Shown here: in pieces, positions 57,371 to 64,000 of the stretch
How positions within the stretch are numbered: the stretch's first letter is position 1
Layout of the letters: the number at the start of each line of letters is the position of its first letter
Assembly: GCA_020632155.1 (NCBI GenBank)
Contig: JACKGE010000001.1
Span: 220,011-284,010, forward strand
Direction of reading: 5' to 3'
Source: Candidatus Nomurabacteria bacterium
Lineage (GTDB): Bacteria; Patescibacteriota; Minisyncoccia; Phycocordibacterales; UBA918
Length of the DNA stretch: 64,000 bases
The notes under the pieces: generated by a model
Told to the model about the DNA's origin: nothing
Seen by the model: only the letters and a program-made list of their open reading frames with translations
Databases searched by the model: none
Made by a program: the position numbers and the translations under genes

Positions 57371-57809
57371 GAAGGACCACTCATACGGCGTGGTGCCGGT
57401 ACGAAAGAAGGATGGCACGTACGAAGTGCTCCTTATTGAGCAGTACGACAAACGCGGCGGTACTTTTTGGACCTTTCCCAAAGGCCACCCTGAAGCAGGT
57501 GAGTCGCCGAGTGATACAGCCGTGCGCGAGTGTCGCGAAGAGGTGGGCCTTGCTGAGGTTGAATTAGAAGAACACGCGCGTTTTCTACAGCAGTACTCCT
57601 TTATCTGGGAAGGTATAAAAATAGAAAAGACCGTAACGTACTTCATTGGCTACGTTCAAGAAGAGAGTATACTGAAGATACAAGAAGAAGAGATTGCCAG
57701 CGCTGCGTGGTTTGCGCCGAATGAGGCCCTCGGGCAGCTCAGTCATGATAATTCGCGAGCGGTGCTGACGGAAGTTATTAATTTTTTAACAACAAAAGAC
57801 ATACTATGA
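57360..57809 (+). CDS. NUDIX hydrolase
   Basis: Nudix box GHPEAGESPSDTAVRECREEVGL. The ORF-track start is 57330. Confidence 0.75.
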   Translation: MKYKKDHSYGVVPVRKKDGTYEVLLIEQYDKRGGTFWTFPKGHPEAGESPSDTAVRECREEVGLAEVELEEHARFLQQYSFIWEGIKIEKTVTYFIGYVQEESILKIQEEEIASAAWFAPNEALGQLSHDNSRAVLTEVINFLTTKDIL

Positions 57810-58123
57810 GTTTTTGGAAACGATACAAAGCGTATGTGAAGGACAATCCAGAAAGGTACTGGTTTAAACGCAAGCTCTTTGGTTGGGGGTGGACGCCGGT
57901 AACGTGGCAAGGGTGGTTGGTAACACTTAGCGTTGTTGTGGCTATTTTACTTAATGCTTTTTGTCGCAATCTTGAAGCGATGACCGACCGCGAGGCTTTA
58001 ACCCAGATAGTGGCACCGTCGCTGCTCCTCGCTGTCTTACTCATTGTCATTTGCTACAAAACAGGCGAGTCACCACGTTGGACATGGGGTTTCCCAAAAG
58101 ATAAAGACAATATTGGTCAGTAG
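57806..58123 (+). CDS. small membrane protein
   Basis: ORF. Two hydrophobic helices. Confidence 0.35.
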   Translation: MSFWKRYKAYVKDNPERYWFKRKLFGWGWTPVTWQGWLVTLSVVVAILLNAFCRNLEAMTDREALTQIVAPSLLLAVLLIVICYKTGESPRWTWGFPKDKDNIGQ

Positions 58124-58142
58124 TACTAGAATCTGATAGTAA

Positions 58143-58862
58143 TCAGATTCTTCGATACAACATCTTGAAGATGTCACGTTGGAATTTGGCCAGCGTGGAG
58201 TTTTCTATAATAGTTGCCATTTGTCCGCGGTAATCAATGAAGGCGATCTTGTTGCCATAGACTATTTGTGACACCCCGTAGTCAAATGGTAGGAATTCTT
58301 TTGGCACTATCTTGAGCGTCTCTTCAAGTGAGGGTTCGCGCGAGGCTACGAATTCTGGGTTGGTGATGACCACCCGTTCGAGCCTCATGGCATCGCGGCG
58401 TTTGACGTAGTCCTTAGGTACGCCAACGTTTAACATTTCTTCTTTTCCCTCAGAACTATAGCGATAGAACTCGTCTCCCTTTTGGAGGGTGCTTAAAATA
58501 TCCTCAAAGACAGCATGAATACCAACCTTGCCATCAAGGCGGCGGACGATCGGCGCTTTGCCTTGTTGTAGTTGGGTCAGTTCCGGTATGACGGTATTCA
58601 GCTCTTGATGCACCACTTCCAAAAGTGAGCGCAAACGCTCAGGCGGTTCGGCGGCGTAGTAAATGAGCTTGCCGATCTGTCGCTCGCTCACGAGGCCCTT
58701 TTCCTTGAGGTGGGGGAGGGCACGGTAAATAGCTGGCCGGTGCAGTTTACAGGTACGGGAAATACTGGAAATGGTCTGAGTCCCATACGTTAGGAGGTCC
58801 ATATAAATGGCCACTTCGTGTTTGCTGAGGCCAATGGCGGTCAATAATCTGGCTAGTTCCAT
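58143..58862 (-). CDS. TrmB-like HTH transcriptional regulator
   Basis: N-terminal winged HTH (HEVAIYMDLLTYGTQTISSISRTCKLHRPAIYRALPHLKEKGLV). Confidence 0.5.
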   Translation of the reverse strand: MELARLLTAIGLSKHEVAIYMDLLTYGTQTISSISRTCKLHRPAIYRALPHLKEKGLVSERQIGKLIYYAAEPPERLRSLLEVVHQELNTVIPELTQLQQGKAPIVRRLDGKVGIHAVFEDILSTLQKGDEFYRYSSEGKEEMLNVGVPKDYVKRRDAMRLERVVITNPEFVASREPSLEETLKIVPKEFLPFDYGVSQIVYGNKIAFIDYRGQMATIIENSTLAKFQRDIFKMLYRRI

Positions 58863-58877
58863 AGTTATTTTTTAATC

Positions 58878-58894
58878 TGTACCATTATGGTACA
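58878..58894. promoter_or_regulatory. 17 bp perfect palindrome TGTACCATTATGGTACA upstream of the regulator gene
   Basis: Seen in the sequence 16 nt upstream of the start codon. Candidate autoregulatory operator. Confidence 0.4.
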
Positions 58895-59253
58895 ACTTTT
58901 TTACACCTATAAAATGCTTATTTATATTTATACTAACATGTATTTTACTTTTACACAGTACACATTGTAAATATTTTTTACACAAAAAAGCATTCCGCTG
59001 CTATTCTACAGTTGAGGTTACAGAGAGACGGACCGACCAGCAGTAACCATAAGCACTTTCAAAACTTGCTAAATCTGACAAACCGAAGGAAAGGTTCCTT
59101 GCAAGGCTTTTCTTGTGGGGTGTTTTAGTCAGATTTAGCACTTCACTGAAGAGCTTTGCGAAGAGCGTTTCCTTTACGGGGACGCTCTTTCGCGTTCCGA
59201 CCCCGCGGTGGGGTCGGAAGATGGCGCGAAGTTCTCTACAACTGGAGGCAACA

Positions 59254-59589
59254 ATGACATTGATTCTGCAACTGGTGCTCGGCCTCGCGCTCATGTTGGT
59301 CGGGTGGGCCCTCTGGTATGCCCAGAGGAACGCATCGTGGAAGGGATGGATCGAAAAGACCTTCCTGCTGCCGGGCGACGACCTGTTCGCGACGGACCAG
59401 AACTACAGCGGCTACATCAAGTGGATTCGCTACGTCGCATTCCCGACCGGACTGGTCATGTTCGTTCCGACACCCATCCTCTACGACGCCATCATCGGCA
59501 TGATCGCTGCCGGCGTCTTCTGGTGGATGAACAGCCAGAAAGCGCGTCATGACCACCAAGTCCGTGACGCCGACAAGCCGGCCTCGTAG
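59254..59589 (+). CDS. small membrane protein (GC-rich cassette gene 1)
   Basis: ATG after a GGAGG RBS (the ORF track gives 59113). Two TM helices. Confidence 0.45.
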   Translation: MTLILQLVLGLALMLVGWALWYAQRNASWKGWIEKTFLLPGDDLFATDQNYSGYIKWIRYVAFPTGLVMFVPTPILYDAIIGMIAAGVFWWMNSQKARHDHQVRDADKPAS

Positions 59590-59664
59590 TCAGCTACGGT
59601 TTGGCCCGCAGTCGCCCTGCTAAATGGTCTGGCAGTCTGCTGCCAGACCATGCCTTCAACACAC

Positions 59665-59724
59665 AAATCTGACACGTTCCTTCAGCGCTGCTTGGTGACA
59701 GCAAGCAGTTTTGTCTGGAGCGTT
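59665..59724 (+). repeat. 60 bp exact direct repeat, copy A
   Basis: AAATCTGACACGTTCCTTCAGCGCTGCTTGGTGACAGCAAGCAGTTTTGTCTGGAGCGTT, identical to 60715-60774. Confidence 0.75.
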
Positions 59725-59739
59725 CTAAACGTTCCTCGT

Positions 59740-59803
59740 GTTCCAACCTCGCGGTGGGGTTGGGCGATAACGCGAAGTTCCTTGCCATGCAAAGGGGAAT
59801 CAA
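59740..59803 (+). promoter_or_regulatory. conserved 5' leader with hairpin (copy 2 of 3)
   Basis: GTTCCAACCTCGCGGTGGGGTTGG hairpin, then GCGATAACGCGAAGTTCC and an RBS. The copies at 59196-59253 and 60788-60849 show compensatory changes. Confidence 0.55.
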
Positions 59804-60667
59804 ATGCATACGCATCACAAGGAAGTCCTCGATCAAGTGGGTCGTCGTAAACAGCACTTTTTGTCCCAGTTGGTCTACTTTCTGGTAGTGGTCCTCGCGT
59901 GGGGTGGGGTATGGCTAATCGACTTCGTGAACCCTTCCTTCTTCCAATACCACTATCTGAATCAGGCACCTGTGTCTGAGGCTCTGGTCCACTTCTGGCC
60001 ATTGCTGGTCTACTTTCTGGTTCTGGTGGTTGCACCAAATATCACCGACTGGACCCAGCCGCATAGTCCGGCTGACGAACAAGCCTATATGTGGGGCCTG
60101 ATAACTGGCAACTTTGCCGCTGTGTGGGAAGAGCTGGGTTTTCGCTACGTTTTCATCTGCTATTCGATGATCTCGATAGCGGTAGTTAACTGGCTGCTCG
60201 GTACTTTTCTGCTCTGGGTAATGTTCGCCATGTGTGTCGTGACAGCGCTGCTGCTTATGTTCGTACCGGAACGAAGATTGTTTTCTGTCGTTCCGACACT
60301 GGCGGCGGCTGGTCTCTGGTGGGCTTCAGGAGCGGTCGATCCGCTTTACTTCCTCTATCAAGAGATCTGGATGCCGGTCCTAAACCTTGTCAGTTTTGGT
60401 AGCTACTCCGAAATCATGTACTCGGGTCAGTATCAAATGCTACTGGTTATGGGCGGTATTGGTGCCAACACGGCATTCCGCGATGGCCATAAATACCAAG
60501 GGCCGGTGGGGTGGTTGAACTCGTGGTTAGTAGGCTTTGTCCTTCTGTATGCGATGTTTACTTACGGCCTGCTCACCGCAATCGCACTCCACGGTATCTG
60601 GAACACCTTGTTTCATACCCACGAGTATGTGCGAGCAAAATCATCCCATATCTTGGCCCAATTCTGA
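59804..60667 (+). CDS. CPBP-family (Abi / CAAX-protease-like) intramembrane metalloprotease
   Basis: EELGFR (EExxxR), FxxxH region and HGIWN (HxxxN) motifs with a multi-TM topology. Confidence 0.7.
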   Translation: MHTHHKEVLDQVGRRKQHFLSQLVYFLVVVLAWGGVWLIDFVNPSFFQYHYLNQAPVSEALVHFWPLLVYFLVLVVAPNITDWTQPHSPADEQAYMWGLITGNFAAVWEELGFRYVFICYSMISIAVVNWLLGTFLLWVMFAMCVVTALLLMFVPERRLFSVVPTLAAAGLWWASGAVDPLYFLYQEIWMPVLNLVSFGSYSEIMYSGQYQMLLVMGGIGANTAFRDGHKYQGPVGWLNSWLVGFVLLYAMFTYGLLTAIALHGIWNTLFHTHEYVRAKSSHILAQF

Positions 60668-60714
60668 GCTACTGTCCGGGCGGTCTCCGCCCGGACAGGA
60701 ACCCTTTTCATACT

Positions 60715-60774
60715 AAATCTGACACGTTCCTTCAGCGCTGCTTGGTGACAGCAAGCAGTTTTGTCTGGAGCGTT
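60715..60774 (+). repeat. 60 bp exact direct repeat, copy B
   Basis: See copy A. Confidence 0.75.
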
Positions 60775-60849
60775 TAGCTCCCGTGCGTTCCAGTGCCATG
60801 TTGGTACTGGGAGATAACGCACTGTTCTTCACATGCCAAGGAGGCACAC

Positions 60850-61782
60850 ATGAAAACGAAACTGTTTGGCACACTCGCTGCTCTGATGATCGCAACCACG
60901 GCTCTGTCTGGATGCGGTACTGCAGTTGAAGTGCCGCCGGCCCATGTCGGCAAGCTGTCGACCGAGTCTGGTCTGCAGGAAGGCATTATCCATCCGTCGA
61001 AGTTCCGTCTGGAAGGATTCTGCTGGGTCTGTGACAACCTGATCTTGGTCGAGGCGTCCGACTACGGCGTCAAGGAGAGCATGAAGATCTATATGCCCAA
61101 GGATCAGCTCAACATCGACGTCGATGTGCGTGGTGTTTTCTCGATCAGCGCCGATCAGGCCAACGTCGAGCAGATCTTTTCTCGCGTTTCAGCCGATCAG
61201 GCTGAAGGAGAAGGTCGCATCCGCATTATCCCTATCACCAAGGTCTACAGCATCTACGCTGAGCCGGTGATCCGGGAGACCATCAGGTCGGCCCTTACCA
61301 AGTACACGATCGCGGAGGTGATGGAGAATCGCGAAGCGATCTCCACCGAGCTTGCCGGCGAGGTGCGTGATCGCCTCAAAGCAACGCCTATCACCACCAT
61401 CCGGTTTGGCTTGGCTGATGTTCAGCCGCCGGAAGTCATCGTGAAGGCCCGCGAAGCTGCCAAGGAGCGTGAGATCGCTATCCAGCGCGCCGAAGCAGAC
61501 AAGCAGGTTGCCCTCAAGGAGGCCGAAGCGGCCCTCGAAGTCGCAGTCAAGCAACAGCAGGTCGATCTCAAGGAGGCGGAAACGCAGGTCCTCGTGAACC
61601 AGAAGCTGGCTGAGGGCGTCAACGACGCGTTCGTCACCCAGCGCTGGCTGAAGGTCATGGACCAGCTTTCCAAGAACCCTGACGGCCGGGTGATCATCCT
61701 TCCGTTCGAAGCGATGAAAAACCCCGCTCTGCTGATGGGCACGTTCAACCAGGCCGTGGCAGAAGTCTCGGCTGACAAGTAA
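60850..61782 (+). CDS. SPFH/band-7 domain lipoprotein
   Basis: Lipobox LSGC. SPFH domain followed by an AEA-rich coiled coil. The ORF track begins at 60793. Confidence 0.7.
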   Translation: MKTKLFGTLAALMIATTALSGCGTAVEVPPAHVGKLSTESGLQEGIIHPSKFRLEGFCWVCDNLILVEASDYGVKESMKIYMPKDQLNIDVDVRGVFSISADQANVEQIFSRVSADQAEGEGRIRIIPITKVYSIYAEPVIRETIRSALTKYTIAEVMENREAISTELAGEVRDRLKATPITTIRFGLADVQPPEVIVKAREAAKEREIAIQRAEADKQVALKEAEAALEVAVKQQQVDLKEAETQVLVNQKLAEGVNDAFVTQRWLKVMDQLSKNPDGRVIILPFEAMKNPALLMGTFNQAVAEVSADK

Positions 61783-61793
61783 GGAGAAGCAAC

Positions 61794-62252
61794 ATGGACG
61801 TAACAGCGCTTTCTGTCGTCGCCTTTGCGACCGTGAAGATCATTCTGTGGCTTACGTTGATCATTATCGCGATCGGCGTGGCTCGGAAGGTCATCATCGA
61901 CAACAAGGCGGCGAGTGCCGAAGCAGCTGAAAATGGTGTTCAGGATGATACCTGGCACCTCAGCAACGCCCTTTGGGGCAACCGGCTGCGTATCGGAGTT
62001 GTCGTTGCTGTCGCACTAGTGGTGACGATGTTGTCACAGATCGAATTGGCCTACCGGCCGAAGACGTCCGTGAATATCAACAATCCGGTGCTGCAGGAAC
62101 AGCTGCGCGCGATCGATCAGGCCGAGCGGCCTGATATCAAACCGGCTCTCGGCGATAAGCGCGACAATGCGAATGCAGACTATAGCGCTCGCAATCGTGC
62201 GGAAAACGAGGCTGCGCGCGACAGCTTCCAGCAGCTGCCTTCCAGCAACTGA
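61794..62252 (+). CDS. membrane protein co-transcribed with the SPFH gene
   Basis: 12 nt gap after the SPFH gene. Two TM helices plus a disordered tail. Confidence 0.45.
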   Translation: MDVTALSVVAFATVKIILWLTLIIIAIGVARKVIIDNKAASAEAAENGVQDDTWHLSNALWGNRLRIGVVVAVALVVTMLSQIELAYRPKTSVNINNPVLQEQLRAIDQAERPDIKPALGDKRDNANADYSARNRAENEAARDSFQQLPSSN

Positions 62253-62282
62253 TCTTTGAGCCATCCATCCCGTCCGCGGGGT

Positions 62283-62312
62283 GGGAAACTATCAGCTCGG
62301 CGCTTTGCGCCG
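62283..62312 (+). terminator. rho-independent terminator
   Basis: AGCTCGGCGCTTTGCGCCGAGCTTTTCTTTTT. Confidence 0.65.
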
Positions 62313-62323
62313 AGCTTTTCTTT

Positions 62324-62722
62324 TTACTGTAGGTAGTTTCCAAGCAGGTAACTGAGCGTCGCAACAGTAGCGCCGAGGACTGTTCCCCAGAGGATATCAA
62401 CGACAGTCACCATAAGCGGCCAGTCTCTGAGAGTGGCATGGTTGGTAAGGTCGTAGGTGGCGTACGTCACGAGGCCAAAGAGGGCACCGAGCACCAGCGC
62501 CTTGCTAAGCGAGTGCACCTCAAGCGCGGGCAGAACTGCAAAAAATAAGAGCCCAGCTACAAATACAAAGTAGAACACAACAGCCGCTGGCCACACTACC
62601 GGACCGAGCAGTTCACCAAGACGTGACTGGTAGAAGTCTTTGGCAATAACGCCAAGCCATAGCAGGTCAAATAAGACAAAGATAGGAATCGTAAGGACGT
62701 AGAGCAGTACGTAGTGCACCAT
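62324..62722 (-). CDS. DUF2177-like small membrane protein
   Basis: Four TM helices. Confidence 0.45.
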   Translation of the reverse strand: MVHYVLLYVLTIPIFVLFDLLWLGVIAKDFYQSRLGELLGPVVWPAAVVFYFVFVAGLLFFAVLPALEVHSLSKALVLGALFGLVTYATYDLTNHATLRDWPLMVTVVDILWGTVLGATVATLSYLLGNYLQ

Positions 62723-62738
62723 GTTTTTAGTATAGCAG

Positions 62739-63851
62739 TTATTGCTCGCGGGATAGCTGGCTGCAGAGCGCCTCCACGCGCGTAAAGCTATCTTCTATAC
62801 GCTGGCGTAACGCAGGGTCAGCTTCGGCTGCTGTGACGAGCGCTGTTACAACGTTCTTAACTTCGCTTGGCTCGGCTGCAAGCAAAATGATGTCAGCGCC
62901 GGCATTAACAGACATCACACTGGCGGTAGGTACGCTGTAGAGGGTATCGATGGCGTCCATGCTCATGTCGTCAGTGATAATTACTCCTTCATACTCTAGT
63001 TCCTCGCGCAGTACTTTGGTCAGGAAGTACGGAGAAAGCGTAACCGGCAGACTGTCTACGTTCGGGAATAAAAGGTGAGCTGTCATTAGTGCCTGCGGTG
63101 GGGTAGTGCGCAAAAGTGTGAAAAATGGTGCTGCGTAGTTGGACAGCTCCGACTTAGTACTATTTACGGTCGGTAGCGTCGTATGTGAATCCTCACTAGT
63201 GTTTGGGTGACCGGGGAAGTGTTTGACTACGCCGACAACGCCACTTTCATGCATACCAGCCACCATTGCTTCCGCCATCTCTGCGCTTGTATCTCGGTCA
63301 GGGAACACACGATCATACATAAATGAACTGGAACTGCTCGCCGTATCAAGGACTGGTGCAAAGTTGAGGTTGATACCGAGTGCTGCTAGCTCAGCCCCAC
63401 GCTTTTTGCCGAGGGCGAACGCTTCGGTGGCGGTAGCGAGTTCCCGTTGACCGGTGGTGTCAAACTCTGCTCCGCGCAAACGTGAGACCGGACCACCTTC
63501 TTGGTCAATGGCGATAAGGAGGGTACTTGAACTAACGTCCTGCCACGCTGCTGTCCAGCTCTTTATCTCGCGTGGGTCTTCCGGTGCGCTCATAATGATG
63601 ACTCCGCCAAGATGGTACTGCTCTATCATGGCGGTGGTACTAGCCTCTGGCGAGTCCGCCCAGTGACCAATCATAAGCAGACTGCCAATCATCTCCGCCA
63701 GCGGTGGGTAGCTTATTATTTCAGTAGTTGTGGCTGTCTCTGGTTCGGGCAATGTAATATCTGGAACAGGCGACTGCTCGCGCGATAGAAAAAAGTACAG
63801 GTGAACTCCTACGAGCACCATTAGTAAAACGATAAAGTAAAACTTTTTCAT
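62739..63851 (-). CDS. glycoside hydrolase family 3 beta-N-acetylhexosaminidase-like (NagZ-like) with N-terminal anchor
   Basis: IAIDQEGG, KHFPGH and catalytic Asp region of the GH3 N-terminal domain. Confidence 0.8.
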   Translation of the reverse strand: MKKFYFIVLLMVLVGVHLYFFLSREQSPVPDITLPEPETATTTEIISYPPLAEMIGSLLMIGHWADSPEASTTAMIEQYHLGGVIIMSAPEDPREIKSWTAAWQDVSSSTLLIAIDQEGGPVSRLRGAEFDTTGQRELATATEAFALGKKRGAELAALGINLNFAPVLDTASSSSSFMYDRVFPDRDTSAEMAEAMVAGMHESGVVGVVKHFPGHPNTSEDSHTTLPTVNSTKSELSNYAAPFFTLLRTTPPQALMTAHLLFPNVDSLPVTLSPYFLTKVLREELEYEGVIITDDMSMDAIDTLYSVPTASVMSVNAGADIILLAAEPSEVKNVVTALVTAAEADPALRQRIEDSFTRVEALCSQLSREQ

Positions 63852-63866
63852 ACGTACGAGTGGCGG

Positions 63867-64000
63867 TCACCAGTTCAGATAGGCTATCGATAGTTGTAGC
63901 ACTGTAGCAAAAGCGACCCAGAGTAGATACGGGATATTTACATACGCCACCCAAGCAGTGTGAGGGAACATGGCAACCATCGCCCAAATCAGAGTTGCAA
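63867..64000 (-). CDS. TspO/MBR-family protein, C-terminal part (gene continues beyond window)
   Basis: Frame ending ...AWVAYVNIPYLLWVAFATVLQLSIAYLNW* with Trp-rich TM helices. Confidence 0.45.
   Translation of the reverse strand, partial: ATLIWAMVAMFPHTAWVAYVNIPYLLWVAFATVLQLSIAYLNW

Noticed and set aside
63721-63987. 88 aa minus-strand ORF at the window edge
   Set aside because: It overlaps the GH3 gene start and the TspO-like frame, and the TspO-like frame has the more protein-like, Trp-rich TM sequence.

Overview
This 64 kb window looks like a compact bacterial chromosome segment of roughly 45-50% GC with short intergenic spacers. The core genes are housekeeping and cell-envelope functions, listed here in map order. 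They are tyrS, ruvC, a yebC-like gene, ruvB, pilB, tsaE, polA, a holA-like gene, a SpoU methyltransferase, lnt-like, murE-like, ruvA, rpsT, ruvX, pilM/N/O-like genes, acylphosphatase, an RluA pseudouridine synthase, rplS, a NUDIX hydrolase and a GH3 NagZ-like gene. I read seven tRNAs: Lys-TTT, Arg-GCG, Ser-TGA, Arg-TCT, Val-TAC and Leu-GAG, plus nothing else in the tRNA class. Several truncated or fused proteins and compact operons would fit a small-genome lineage such as Patescibacteria/CPR, but that placement is only an inference.

The most interesting region is an AT-richer island that begins at tRNA-Lys (10.4 kb) and runs to about 23.2 kb. It carries what looks like a thiazole/oxazole-modified (TOMM), microcin B17-like RiPP system.
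- Two tandem pairs, each a roughly 430 aa paralogous protein followed by a small precursor peptide. The peptide has a hydrophobic leader and a Gly/Cys/Ser/Asp-rich core ending in GDELY.
- A multi-pass membrane protein resembling the HTTM / vitamin-K-dependent carboxylase family.
- An arylsulfotransferase-like beta-propeller.
- On the opposite strand, a SagB-type dehydrogenase and a YcaO cyclodehydratase with a C-terminal PxP-type tail.
- A divergently transcribed DCC-family (CxxC) thiol-disulfide oxidoreductase.

Other notable content:
- Two paralogous HTH + LAGLIDADG-like endonuclease genes near tRNAs.
- A conserved element of about 75 bp, found three times at the 3' side of tRNA genes.
- Several 60-65% GC 'moron-like' genes, four of them encoding small secreted proteins.
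- A GC-rich membrane cassette (59.0-62.3 kb: small membrane protein, CPBP/Abi protease, SPFH lipoprotein). Each of its three genes is preceded by a conserved leader with a covarying hairpin, and two are preceded by an identical 60 bp element.
- A CsoR-type repressor with a perfect palindromic operator, divergent from an MFP-RND efflux pair.
- A roughly 355 nt promoter-to-terminator noncoding locus (51.7-52.1 kb) of unknown RNA class.
- Paired 58 bp upstream repeats in a small island that follows tRNA-Arg-TCT.

No CRISPR array, rRNA, integrase or transposase was seen. Coordinates that I derived by hand (tRNAs, repeats, hairpins) may be off by 1-2 nt.
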